A DNA stretch of 64,000 bases from positions 1 to 64,000 of the IMG/VR virus record IMGVR_UViG_3300017917_000332. One strand, given 5' to 3'. The notes below the pieces were generated by a model, which saw only the letters and a list, made by a program, of their open reading frames with translations, had not been told where the DNA came from and did not search any database. Source of the stretch: a virus. The position numbers were made by a program, and so were the translations under genes. This document shows positions 37,471 through 46,862 of this stretch, piece by piece (within the stretch, counting starts at the first letter, position 1; each line of letters starts with the position of its first letter).

Positions 37471-38790
37471 ATGACAACTCCATGGGAAGTTATCAAACAG
37501 TTAGAAGCAGATTCTAGCCGTCTAAACAAAGAAGCAATTATCTTTGACCAAGCAAGAGAAGGCAACGAAGAATTCTTCCAAGGGTGCAGACTAGCACTTG
37601 ATACCCTAATTACTTTTGGTCTTAAACAAATTCCGGAGAAAACAAATGAAGATGGCCCTGGCTTACCTTGGGATGGTTTTAATAGCGTTGTTCAACGTCT
37701 ATGTAATCGTGACATCACAGGTAACAATGCCCGTTCCGCTGTTGATGCGATGATGAACACTGCCACTAAGGCACAGTGGAATGATTGGTATCGTCGTATC
37801 CTTATCAAAGATCTACGTTGCGGTACTAGCGAAAAGACCGTTAACAAAGTTGTAGAAAAAGAATGGCCCGAATATGCAGTTCCTGTTTTTAGTTGCCAGC
37901 TTGCTCATGATAGTTCTAATCATGAGGGAAAGGTTTCAGGCAAGAAATATATCGAAGTCAAGCTCGATGGCGTTCGAGTTCTTACTATTGTTCGTACAGA
38001 TGGTCGCGTTGATCAATTTAGTCGCAATGGTAAAGAGCTGGTAAACTTTGAACATATCACTAAACAGATCAGTGAAGTTGTAAAAAAAGATCCACCTAAG
38101 TATGACCTTGTGTTAGATGGCGAGGTTATGTCTAGCTCATTCCAGGATCTTATGAAGCAGGTACATCGTAAGTCAGATGTCGAAGCTAATGACGCTGTCC
38201 TACATCTGTTCGACATGTGTCCACTAGACAAGTTTCAAGAAGGTCGTTGGGATAAGGATCAAGAAACTCGTAGTCTTTATGTCTACGAATGGCATAAGAA
38301 ACACAAAGCTGATCTGCCTAATGTTCGTGTCGTTGGACACGAACTTGTAGACCTTGCTACCGACGAAGGCAAAAAACGTTTCAAAGAAATTAATCAGTTT
38401 GCCATCGACGGTGGCTTCGAAGGTATTATGATCAAGGATCCGAAGGCTCCTTATGAATGTAAGCGTACTGCTAGCTGGCTCAAACTCAAACCATTTATCG
38501 AAGTAAGTTTGACTGTTGTTGCTGTTGAAGAAGGAACTGGTCGTAACGTAGGTAAACTTGGTGCATTAGTCTGTGAGGGTGTAGATGACGGAAAAGCAAT
38601 TCGTGTTAACGTGGGGTCTGGGTTTTCTGATTCCGATCGTGATTCTTTTTGGAATAGTCGTGAAACCATTGTTGGGCAAGTTGTGGAAGTCCGTGCTGAC
38701 GCTATCACACAAAACCAGGATGGAAGTTACTCTTTACGCTTTCCGCGCTTCCTACATTTTAGAGGGTTTGACAATGGCGAGAAAATATGA
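37471..38790 (+). CDS. lig: ATP-dependent DNA ligase
   Basis: EVKLDGVR (KxDG), DGEV, EGIMIK, WLKLK, SLRFPRF. Confidence 0.95.
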   Translation: MTTPWEVIKQLEADSSRLNKEAIIFDQAREGNEEFFQGCRLALDTLITFGLKQIPEKTNEDGPGLPWDGFNSVVQRLCNRDITGNNARSAVDAMMNTATKAQWNDWYRRILIKDLRCGTSEKTVNKVVEKEWPEYAVPVFSCQLAHDSSNHEGKVSGKKYIEVKLDGVRVLTIVRTDGRVDQFSRNGKELVNFEHITKQISEVVKKDPPKYDLVLDGEVMSSSFQDLMKQVHRKSDVEANDAVLHLFDMCPLDKFQEGRWDKDQETRSLYVYEWHKKHKADLPNVRVVGHELVDLATDEGKKRFKEINQFAIDGGFEGIMIKDPKAPYECKRTASWLKLKPFIEVSLTVVAVEEGTGRNVGKLGALVCEGVDDGKAIRVNVGSGFSDSDRDSFWNSRETIVGQVVEVRADAITQNQDGSYSLRFPRFLHFRGFDNGEKI

Positions 38791-39022
38791 TATCAGACGA
38801 AGTATGCATAAGGACATGTTATACGGTTCGTTACTCGAACTAAGTAAAAATTCAAGAGTTTGGCACGAAAGCTCTGTAAGTCCTGAGTACAGTCACTTGA
38901 CCGAGGAAGGCAAAGATGCTATTATACATGTAGTTGAAGAACTGTTCCGAGGGCTCCAAACTATACATAAACAAGAAGTCAACGAAGAAGCCAAACGTCA
39001 AACTCTAGAGTCTTTAAAATGA
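38774..39022 (+). CDS. Hypothetical protein
   Basis: Start reset to ATG 38774 (MARKYD) to avoid a long overlap with the ligase. Confidence 0.55.
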   Translation: MARKYDIRRSMHKDMLYGSLLELSKNSRVWHESSVSPEYSHLTEEGKDAIIHVVEELFRGLQTIHKQEVNEEAKRQTLESLK

Positions 39023-39258
39023 TTGAGTTTACTAATCATATGAAAAAGAATGACATAAAAGCTATTCGTCAGGGCGATGATAACTTCATGCTGTCTGACG
39101 GATTGGTTATGTACCCTAGGGCAATGATTCATATCTTGCCCGAGTGTCCTGCAAACATACGACATTATATCCAATGGGCTGTTGCAGAAGGATACCTAAA
39201 GACAGTTGCACATGTTCAAGGAAAAGAATTAACTTGGGAAAAATTAACAAATGACTAA
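39019..39258 (+). CDS. Hypothetical protein
   Basis: ATGA-coupled ORF. Confidence 0.55.
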   Translation: MIEFTNHMKKNDIKAIRQGDDNFMLSDGLVMYPRAMIHILPECPANIRHYIQWAVAEGYLKTVAHVQGKELTWEKLTND

Positions 39259-39622
39259 TCCGTTTCGTGATCAAGAAAAATTTATGCGGGCTTGCGATCA
39301 AACCGTAGGCGAATACAACGAAGCACAGTATAAACTATACCTCGACCTTATGGAAGAGGAATGGAAAGAACTAAGAGTAGCACTAGACAGCGGTGATCGT
39401 GTAGAGCAGTTAGACGCCTTACTTGACTTTATTGTTGTTACGACAGGTGCTATTCACAGTGCCGGTTTCAACGGCGAAGGCGGTTGGAAAGAAGTTATGA
39501 GTACTAACTTTGCTAAGATTGATAAAGAAACTGGCAAGGTTCGTAAGCGTGAAGATGGCAAGGTTTTAAAACCTATAGGCTGGGTTCCTCCAGACCTCAA
39601 ACCTTTTATTAACAAGGAGTAA
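39251..39622 (+). CDS. MazG-like/PRA-PH nucleotide pyrophosphohydrolase
   Basis: EEWKEL…EQLDALLD, N..K…KREDGKVLKP. Confidence 0.85.
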   Translation: MTNPFRDQEKFMRACDQTVGEYNEAQYKLYLDLMEEEWKELRVALDSGDRVEQLDALLDFIVVTTGAIHSAGFNGEGGWKEVMSTNFAKIDKETGKVRKREDGKVLKPIGWVPPDLKPFINKE

Positions 39623-39625
39623 TAT

Positions 39626-40318
39626 ATGTTTGGTACAAGTTATTCAGGCGGTATGTCAACATATCGCTCAGCAACACAGATTAATAGTGCAATGGCACGT
39701 GTCTATGGACACATGGGCCTAGCAGTTATTACATCTATGATTGTTAGTTTTCTAGTAGGAAACAGTGCCGCACTAATGGCATTTTTCTTTACTGGCATTA
39801 TGAAGTGGATTGTAATTTTTGCACCGCTAGTAGCTATCCTAGCTGTTAGCTTTGCAATGGATAAGTTTAGCAAAAGTGCGCTAACCATTTTCCTACACGG
39901 CTTTGCCGCACTAATGGGATTGAGCTTTGCTACAATCTTTGTAGTCTATAACCTAGGTAGCATTGTATCAGCGTTTATGGCTGCGGCTGTATTGTTTGGT
40001 GTCATGAGTTTCTACGGTTATTTTACTAAAAAGAACTTAGACTCTTTTGGATCATTTTTGCTTGTAGGGCTAATTGCAATCATTATCGCTAGCATCATTA
40101 ATATCTTTATTGGTAGCACAGTATTCCAGATGGTAATTAGTGCTATTGCAGTACTTGTGTTCTTAGGTCTAACTGCCTACGATACGCAAAAGATTCGTGA
40201 AATGGTCAGCTACGATAACGATGGCAAGGCAGAAATTATGGGCGCACTAAGCCTATACCTAGACTTTATTAACCTGTTCCTATCATTGCTACAACTATTT
40301 GGCGGACGTAAGGATTAA
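39626..40318 (+). CDS. Bax inhibitor-1/YccA family membrane protein
   Basis: About 7 TM segments; YDTQKI…GALSLYLDFINLF. Confidence 0.92.
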   Translation: MFGTSYSGGMSTYRSATQINSAMARVYGHMGLAVITSMIVSFLVGNSAALMAFFFTGIMKWIVIFAPLVAILAVSFAMDKFSKSALTIFLHGFAALMGLSFATIFVVYNLGSIVSAFMAAAVLFGVMSFYGYFTKKNLDSFGSFLLVGLIAIIIASIINIFIGSTVFQMVISAIAVLVFLGLTAYDTQKIREMVSYDNDGKAEIMGALSLYLDFINLFLSLLQLFGGRKD

Positions 40319-40320
40319 AA

Positions 40321-41160
40321 ATGCGTAACCACTACTGGACATGTTCAAAATTTGCCGACTGGCTTCGCGGTACTACCAAACTAAAAATGGGTACTGCGGA
40401 GCAGTGGGATGAATGGGAAAGTCGTGCAAAACGTGACTACCCTGTCCGGTGGTGGCTTGCAGAAGAAGGCCTTGATTACCTTCAAAAGATCGTTTTCTTT
40501 ATTCCGGATAAGTTATATGCTATTAAGTACTATATCAACAATCGTTGGGTCACTAGCACTCATTGCCTTACTGCACACCCTCGAGACATCAAGCGTGGGC
40601 AATGGCAAGATGTTGGCAACAGGTTTCTTCCTTGTCTTTTTAACGAGCTTGTTGATTTTGTGGAAGTAGAATTAGCATGGTGGCATATTGCATGGGCAGA
40701 CAAAGATGAAAAGAACAAATATAAAGCACCGTTCTGGGCGACAGGTTGGTTCCGTTGGAGAACTTGGCGCTGTCCACAAGCTGGACTTGACAACTTGGAG
40801 TGGCAACGCAATCTACGTTGGAAAGCTGATGAAGTCGGAGATGATAGCCCAGACATTGGCAAGCCAACTCCGCAAGCCATTAAAGCACAAGAAATCTTAG
40901 ACTTGTACAAGTGGTGGACTGAAACATATCGTAATCGTCCAGATCCGCATGATGCTAGTGGGTGGAGTGCTTACTGTGAAGCAAGTCGAGAAGCTAATGG
41001 TGGCAAACTCAGCTGGAATGGACATAAAGACAATCCAGAACTTAAAAAGATGAGCAACAAGGCACACAAACTACTTCGTAAGATTGAGGCGGCTTATGAG
41101 AAAGAAGATGAAGAAATGATGATTCGTCTTATCAAGGTTCGCCACGGGCTATGGACATAG
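40321..41160 (+). CDS. Trp-rich hypothetical phage protein
   Basis: 279-aa ORF with AAGGA SD. Confidence 0.7.
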   Translation: MRNHYWTCSKFADWLRGTTKLKMGTAEQWDEWESRAKRDYPVRWWLAEEGLDYLQKIVFFIPDKLYAIKYYINNRWVTSTHCLTAHPRDIKRGQWQDVGNRFLPCLFNELVDFVEVELAWWHIAWADKDEKNKYKAPFWATGWFRWRTWRCPQAGLDNLEWQRNLRWKADEVGDDSPDIGKPTPQAIKAQEILDLYKWWTETYRNRPDPHDASGWSAYCEASREANGGKLSWNGHKDNPELKKMSNKAHKLLRKIEAAYEKEDEEMMIRLIKVRHGLWT

Positions 41161-41384
41161 AAGTACGAGAAGGCAATTATAGATGGCTAGCAGAGGTTTG
41201 GAGTGATGATGATTCCGAACCTCTTGTTGCAGAAGGCTTTAAAGAACCCTATCCTGAAGAAACATACCAGGAAATAAATCAATGGTGCATCGATAATTTA
41301 GGGTATCATGCAAGAACTTCGTACCATGTCTTTGAATTCAAAAAGCGTTCGGACTTAGACTGGTTTTTACTCCGTTGGTCATAA
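41151..41384 (+). CDS. Hypothetical protein
   Basis: WC…F.FK…D..WFLLRW small phage-protein pattern. Confidence 0.6.
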   Translation: MDIEVREGNYRWLAEVWSDDDSEPLVAEGFKEPYPEETYQEINQWCIDNLGYHARTSYHVFEFKKRSDLDWFLLRWS

Positions 41385-41392
41385 TTAGTAAT

Positions 41393-42763
41393 ATGAACGA
41401 AAAAACCATATGGCTTAAAGAAGCCAAAACTGTATTAGATAGAACTGGCCCAGGTATGTGCCTTGCAAAATGGTTGCAGGTAACACTACACTTGCAAAAT
41501 GGCCATACTCACAGTTGCCACCATCCCAACACCCACAAAATACCTTTAGAAGAAATACAAGCAGATCCCAGTGCTTTACATAATACTTCGTTTAAAAAAG
41601 AACAACGCAAACTAATGATGACTGGACAGCGTCCAGACGAGTGCCATTACTGCTGGAATATTGAAGACAATGTGCCGGCAGGCGCAGATGTTTTTAGTGA
41701 TAGAATCTACAAGAGCACTGAAGATTGGGCAGGTGAAAAGCATTACTTTGATGTAATGATTAAAGGTTGGGAACAGAATATTAATCCAACATACCTTGAA
41801 GTTAGTTTTAGTCACGCATGTAATTTTAAGTGTGCCTATTGTAGTCCTCACATTAGCAGTAAGTGGATGGAAGAAATTGAACAGCACGGCGAGTATCCAA
41901 CTAGTTTCAAATACAACAGTCTAGAACATACCAAGTACCAAAACAAAATGCCAATTCCATTAAAGGAAGACAATCCGTATGTAGAAGCATTTTGGAAATG
42001 GTGGCCTAGTGTTTATCCAAACCTGCATACATTCCGTATCACCGGCGGCGAACCATTAATGAGTAAAGATACTTTTAAAGTTCTTGACTATATCATTGAA
42101 AATCCTAATCCTAAACTAGAACTTGCCATCAACAGTAATTGCGTACTTCCAGATAAACTATTTGACAAGTTTCTTGAAAAGATTAAAGTTATTCAAGAAA
42201 ATAACCTAGTAAAAAAATTCACTCTGTTTACTAGTGCAGAAGCATATGGTAATAAAGCAGAATATATTCGTAACGGAATGAATTATGAAACTTGGTTATC
42301 TAACTGTCATAAATTTTTAGAAACTATCCCTAACGCACATTTTAGTATAATGAGTACGTATAATGCTTTATCGATTACTTCTTATACAGAATTTCTAAAA
42401 GATGTTTTAATTTTAAAATTGAAACATTATAATACATCAAGAGGTATTACATTAGATATTCCATATCTAGATAATCCAAAATGGATGAGTGTGAGAATAT
42501 TACCAACCGAGTACGTTCCAATGTTGCTCAAACAAGTTCAATTTATGAAAGATAATAACTGCGAGGGCAAAGGATTCCAAAGTTGGGAAATTGAAAAGTT
42601 GGATAGAATCCAATATCTAATGAAAGAAGATCCAGAACAAAATTGGCTTAAGGATTTTTGGATATTCTTTGACGAACACGATCGTAGAAGGAATACTAGC
42701 TTTTTGGACACATTCCCAGAGCTAGCCAAATTTTATAACGACTGTAAAAAATTGAGCAGTTGA
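41393..42763 (+). CDS. Radical SAM enzyme, type A
   Basis: MCLAKW…SCHH…CHYCW; CNFKCAYC; TGGEP; TAATTA 41382-41387 lies 5 nt before ATG 41393. Confidence 0.9.
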   Translation: MNEKTIWLKEAKTVLDRTGPGMCLAKWLQVTLHLQNGHTHSCHHPNTHKIPLEEIQADPSALHNTSFKKEQRKLMMTGQRPDECHYCWNIEDNVPAGADVFSDRIYKSTEDWAGEKHYFDVMIKGWEQNINPTYLEVSFSHACNFKCAYCSPHISSKWMEEIEQHGEYPTSFKYNSLEHTKYQNKMPIPLKEDNPYVEAFWKWWPSVYPNLHTFRITGGEPLMSKDTFKVLDYIIENPNPKLELAINSNCVLPDKLFDKFLEKIKVIQENNLVKKFTLFTSAEAYGNKAEYIRNGMNYETWLSNCHKFLETIPNAHFSIMSTYNALSITSYTEFLKDVLILKLKHYNTSRGITLDIPYLDNPKWMSVRILPTEYVPMLLKQVQFMKDNNCEGKGFQSWEIEKLDRIQYLMKEDPEQNWLKDFWIFFDEHDRRRNTSFLDTFPELAKFYNDCKKLSS

Positions 42764-42788
42764 CAATCCAATCAGTTGGTGCTATAAT
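42760..42788 (+). promoter_or_regulatory. Consensus sigma70 promoter with extended -10
   Basis: TTGACA-N17-TATAAT with TGn. Confidence 0.85.
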
Positions 42789-42820
42789 ATACATATTGTT
42801 AAACATTAGGAGTGATTCAA

Positions 42821-44023
42821 ATGGCAAAGACCGCAACTAAAACTCGTGTTACCAAAAAGCAAGTTATTGCCCATCGTACTCGTGCTACGAAGGATACTAG
42901 CCCTGTTTGGGACGGTTGCGAATCTTGGACTGGTGATGAGTTTCATCGTCACTTTCGTCGTGCTATGGACTACTACCGTCTTGAGTCCGATATTAAAAGT
43001 TACAAGCCGTTTGTAATTAAATGGATGGAAACTCAAAAAGCCGCTAAGGGAGATATTGCGGCTGTTAAAAAAGTCAAAGACAATCGTATTAGCACCACTA
43101 TGGGTGCTATTGCTCACTGCCTATTGCGTGGTATGCAACCTCAACGTGCTGATTTTAACAACGGCAAGGACACTGCGGCTTGGCTTCGCAATGAAATTGT
43201 TCAAGTAATCAATGCAGGCAAGGATGACGTTGATCCAGAAATTGCAGCCGCTGAAAAAGAAGCCGCAAAGACAGATGTGTATGTTCCCAGCATCCAAGAA
43301 CGTGTTCGTGATGCGGCTTATGCTATGACTGAAGAACTGGAAGATGCTTATCACAGTTTTCAAACTGATCCAGAGAACTTTGATCCCAAAGCGTTCAAGG
43401 TGTTGAGCCTGTTGCGTGGCAAAGGTGTTAAAGCCGCACATGCTCGTATTATCAAGGACTTTTATGCCCGCGATTTGGCAGAGCTAAACGAATTGGCTAG
43501 TGGCAAAGCCGACGATCAACTTCGTGAAGGTTACAGCCATCGTAGCCGCAAACAGATTAAGAACTTTATTGCGTTCTTGCAAGAAATTGAATCAGCTTGC
43601 AAAATGCTTATGGAAGAAGCCAAAGTTAACAAGAAGCCACGTGCTAAAAAGGCTGTTCCTGCAGAAAAGATTGTTGCTAAACTCAAGTACCTCAAAGTAT
43701 TTGAACAGCTCAAACTAGTTAGTATCAATCCTGTAGATATCCTTCGTGCTAAGGAACTGTGGATCTACAACACTAAAACACGCAAACTAGGCAAGTATGT
43801 TGCTGGCGAGTTTAGCGAATTAGGTGTTAAAGGCACTACAATTACTGGGTTTGATGAGAACGCTAGTATCCAGAAAACTCTGCGTAAACCGGAAGAAAAA
43901 CTCAAAGAATTTAAGAGTGCAGGCAAGGTTGCACTACGCAAATTCCTAGAAGATATCAACGCTGTTGATACTAAAATGAATGGTCGTATCAACGAAGACA
44001 CTATCTTGCTCAAAGTAGCGTAA
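42821..44023 (+). CDS. Conserved-looking basic early phage protein, function unknown
   Basis: AGGAG SD, strong codon bias, own promoter and terminator. Confidence 0.75.
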   Translation: MAKTATKTRVTKKQVIAHRTRATKDTSPVWDGCESWTGDEFHRHFRRAMDYYRLESDIKSYKPFVIKWMETQKAAKGDIAAVKKVKDNRISTTMGAIAHCLLRGMQPQRADFNNGKDTAAWLRNEIVQVINAGKDDVDPEIAAAEKEAAKTDVYVPSIQERVRDAAYAMTEELEDAYHSFQTDPENFDPKAFKVLSLLRGKGVKAAHARIIKDFYARDLAELNELASGKADDQLREGYSHRSRKQIKNFIAFLQEIESACKMLMEEAKVNKKPRAKKAVPAEKIVAKLKYLKVFEQLKLVSINPVDILRAKELWIYNTKTRKLGKYVAGEFSELGVKGTTITGFDENASIQKTLRKPEEKLKEFKSAGKVALRKFLEDINAVDTKMNGRINEDTILLKVA

Positions 44024-44024
44024 C

Positions 44025-44053
44025 AAAATAGGGCCCTAAGGCCCTATTTTTTT
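44025..44053 (+). terminator. Rho-independent terminator
   Basis: AAAATAGGGCC-CTAA-GGCCCTATTTTTTT. Confidence 0.85.
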
Positions 44054-44103
44054 GGCTTTAGGATACTCGTTATCTAAGATAAATACTGGACGAGAGACCT
44101 ATT

Positions 44104-45594
44104 ATGAGCCAAATTTTTACAATCGAAAACGACAAAATCGTAATCAAAAAGCTGTTATTAGAAGAGCTTCAAGGGAACATTGTTCACCATGGTGAACTAA
44201 GCCTAAGTGGCCCTGTTGAAGTTACTGGCGAGTTAACAGTTGATACACTCAAAGTTAAAAACCTTATTACCGAGTCTTCAATAAAGAATGCTACGTTTGG
44301 CGAATGGGCAGTCATTGAAGAAGCAGACCTTTTAGGTAAAGGTTTAAGTTGGACTTGGGGTAAAGGTCATGTAAGTTTAGGTTATAGACCCGGGGGTCGT
44401 TTAGGCGTTAACGGTGATGTAGATCTCGATGCAGGTAAATCATATCAAATTAACGGTGTTACTGTCCTTTCGGAAACAGAGCTTGCTCCGCAAGTTACTA
44501 AGAGTAGATTAAAGGAACTTGGCCCTCTAAAAGGCCTAAGAGTAACCGGAGACGCACTCGTTGGTGAATTTGCATATTTCAATAGCAATACACAACGCTT
44601 AGGTATCGGAACAGACGAGCCTAATGGTAATCTTAGTGTTGCCCAGGGTGACTTAGAAGCAATTATCAGTTTTAATAAAGATGGTATAGTAGAAATTGGT
44701 TCCTATACTAACACTGATGTGTCGATTGTAACTGATAACACCTCAAGGGTAACATTTAAGAAAACAGGCGAAACAGTATTTGGTAACGAAGTAACAAAAA
44801 ACGCAGATGTAAGAATTTACGGTACACTAACTGTTGACACTGTAGTTACTGACAATAGAATTGATCGTTATCAACCTTTAGAGTTTAAAACATCTAGAGA
44901 GCGCGGTATATACGGACAGGGTTTAATTTGGACTGGCACTGGCAATATGCGTCAATTAATTATGATGGCTAATCCAGACAGACTGTGGACTACAGAAAAT
45001 CTTGACCTTGCCGCTGACCGCAGTTACTATATTAACGGAGAGCCTGTATTATCTTCAGTAGGTTTAGGTAGTTCCGTTACACAGTCAAATCTATCAAAAT
45101 TAGGTACGCTAGAAAGCCTAACAGTAGCTGGCGAAGCTACTTTTATGGAACGTGTTAATGCTAGCCGTACAGTTATTAACGCAAAAGTTATTGAGTTTAA
45201 TGATGGTTCTGACTTTGTTATTTCAAATTCAAAACTCCATGCTAGCGACAAGATGAGTTTCTCTGTAAGAGGAGACGAAGTCTACTACGCAGACTTAAAC
45301 GAAATCGCAGTCGGTAACAAACAAAATCCTAATAGACCAGTAAAGGTATTTGGCCAATTAACTGTCGGTGTTAACAATCCAGATCCAGATATTAGTCTTG
45401 CAGTCAAGGGAAATATCAGCTTTGCTGATAAAAAGTTCTTAACAGGGTCATCTGCGCCTGCACAAGGTTCATTCTCTAAAGGAGATGTTTGCTGGAACAA
45501 TAATCCTGCACCAGACAACTACATTGGTTGGGTTTGTGTTGAAACAGGTTCACCGGGTCGTTGGCTACCATTTGGTTCTATCGCTAGACAATAA
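44104..45594 (+). CDS. Virion structural protein (fibre-like, beta-rich)
   Basis: Repeated YxINGxxVLS…S.L..LG.L..L.V.G units, RLGIGTDEP, C-terminal GW.C…G.PG.W; TAAATA 44080-44085 upstream. Confidence 0.65.
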   Translation: MSQIFTIENDKIVIKKLLLEELQGNIVHHGELSLSGPVEVTGELTVDTLKVKNLITESSIKNATFGEWAVIEEADLLGKGLSWTWGKGHVSLGYRPGGRLGVNGDVDLDAGKSYQINGVTVLSETELAPQVTKSRLKELGPLKGLRVTGDALVGEFAYFNSNTQRLGIGTDEPNGNLSVAQGDLEAIISFNKDGIVEIGSYTNTDVSIVTDNTSRVTFKKTGETVFGNEVTKNADVRIYGTLTVDTVVTDNRIDRYQPLEFKTSRERGIYGQGLIWTGTGNMRQLIMMANPDRLWTTENLDLAADRSYYINGEPVLSSVGLGSSVTQSNLSKLGTLESLTVAGEATFMERVNASRTVINAKVIEFNDGSDFVISNSKLHASDKMSFSVRGDEVYYADLNEIAVGNKQNPNRPVKVFGQLTVGVNNPDPDISLAVKGNISFADKKFLTGSSAPAQGSFSKGDVCWNNNPAPDNYIGWVCVETGSPGRWLPFGSIARQ

Positions 45595-45654
45595 TCTGTA
45601 CTTTTTATAGATTTTGCGACGCCTATAAATATTTGTCACAAGGCAAATACTATT

Positions 45655-45984
45655 ATGGGCAAAATTACAGAACAACTACATAAACAAATCAAAGGCTGGA
45701 GAGTTTATTCGGTTATAGCACCGGCAATATTCACAGCCGCATCAGCGTGGCTATACCTTCATTATGGTACACCGTTCGAAACTATTTTTTACACAGGCTT
45801 AATCGTTTTATCAGTTACTTGTATCAGTTGGTGGCATTGGAGTCTATCAACTATGGTTACTATGTTAGCCATTATGAAAGACACAGACGACCACTTTGAA
45901 GGCGTCCAACAAGAACTAAAACGACTAAGAGAAAATATGAAACCGGACTTACGTGTAGTCAAATCTATTGACATTAACAAATAA
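45655..45984 (+). CDS. Two-TM membrane protein with C-terminal coiled coil (holin-like topology possible)
   Basis: Two hydrophobic segments; TATAAATA 45624-45631 upstream. Confidence 0.55.
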   Translation: MGKITEQLHKQIKGWRVYSVIAPAIFTAASAWLYLHYGTPFETIFYTGLIVLSVTCISWWHWSLSTMVTMLAIMKDTDDHFEGVQQELKRLRENMKPDLRVVKSIDINK

Positions 45985-45995
45985 ATTAGTATAAT
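45968..45995 (+). promoter_or_regulatory. sigma70 promoter for queD
   Basis: TTGACA-N16-TATAAT. Confidence 0.7.
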
Positions 45996-46001
45996 TATAG
46001 T

Positions 46002-46072
46002 ATGCGGTCTTAGACGCTCAACCCGCATTATAAATTCTGCGTGTCATCAAACTTGCTACTTTTATAAAGGAG
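46002..46072 (+). promoter_or_regulatory. Putative cis-regulatory pseudoknot (preQ1-I-riboswitch-like) in the queD leader
   Basis: P1 ATGCGG/CCGCAT, loop TCTTAGACGCTCAAC, A-rich tail, loop-tail pairing ACGC/GCGT or TAGA/TCTG. Confidence 0.45.
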
Positions 46073-46079
46073 AGAAGAG

Positions 46080-46607
46080 ATGGCAAAATATCTTTCAACA
46101 AAAACTTACGGTAACGATAGAGGTCTATCTTGCTGTTTTAGACAATGGCGCAGTACCCATAGCCATTGCTCACTACTACACGGATACTCAATTGGTATAA
46201 AATTAATTTTTGAATCCGAAACACTAGACGATCGTAATTGGGTTATGGACTTTGGCGGTTTAAAAGAGTTCAAAGAGTGGGCCGAATATATGTTCGACCA
46301 TACTACTGTAATTGCACAAGACGATCCAATGTTAGATAGATTTAAAGAAATGTCTGGATGGAGTAGCAATCCAGAACATGACGGTAATCCAGACCGTGTT
46401 CAAACTGAACCATATCGACGTAATGGTGTTTGCGACCTACGTATTGTAGAAGGTGTAGGTTGCGAACTATTTGCTAAAATGTGCTACGAAAAAATGGATT
46501 GGTTATTGAAGAACGGCAACCATCGATACCCTATCAACTCTACAGTACGCATTAAGAGTGCAGAAGTGTTTGAACATGCGGGGAACTCAGCAATCTACGA
46601 AGTATGA
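46080..46607 (+). CDS. queD: 6-carboxy-5,6,7,8-tetrahydropterin synthase (QueD/PTPS family)
   Basis: HCSLLHGY, VMDFGGLK, FDH, GCE, C-terminal V.E. Confidence 0.85.
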   Translation: MAKYLSTKTYGNDRGLSCCFRQWRSTHSHCSLLHGYSIGIKLIFESETLDDRNWVMDFGGLKEFKEWAEYMFDHTTVIAQDDPMLDRFKEMSGWSSNPEHDGNPDRVQTEPYRRNGVCDLRIVEGVGCELFAKMCYEKMDWLLKNGNHRYPINSTVRIKSAEVFEHAGNSAIYEV

Positions 46608-46795
46608 ACAGTTTTGAAAAAATCTGGGCCAGGGCTACTGGCCACTTAATGGGCAATACTGATGAGGATCGTCCAGATGTACCGATTCTAACTTTGCGAG
46701 AAGCAAGAATCGCTTTGTTTTTAAAAACTTTTTGGGTTGTAATCCACGTAGTCACTTGTTGTTTTATTATCGCTAACACTATTAGACATTGGTAA
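46604..46795 (+). CDS. Small membrane protein
   Basis: ATGA-coupled; C-terminal TM. Confidence 0.65.
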   Translation: MNSFEKIWARATGHLMGNTDEDRPDVPILTLREARIALFLKTFWVVIHVVTCCFIIANTIRHW

Positions 46796-46803
46796 AGCAA
46801 ACA

Positions 46804-46849
46804 TTGACTTTCTAAGGACATAATGCTATAATGTATTATGTCCTTTTTT
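46804..46849 (+). terminator. Intrinsic terminator hairpin whose loop is the -10 box of the uvsE promoter
   Basis: AAGGACATAATGC-TATAAT-GTATTATGTCCTT + TTTT; TTGACT 46804-46809, N17, TATAAT 46827-46832. Confidence 0.7.
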
Positions 46850-46862
46850 ATTACTCACACAC

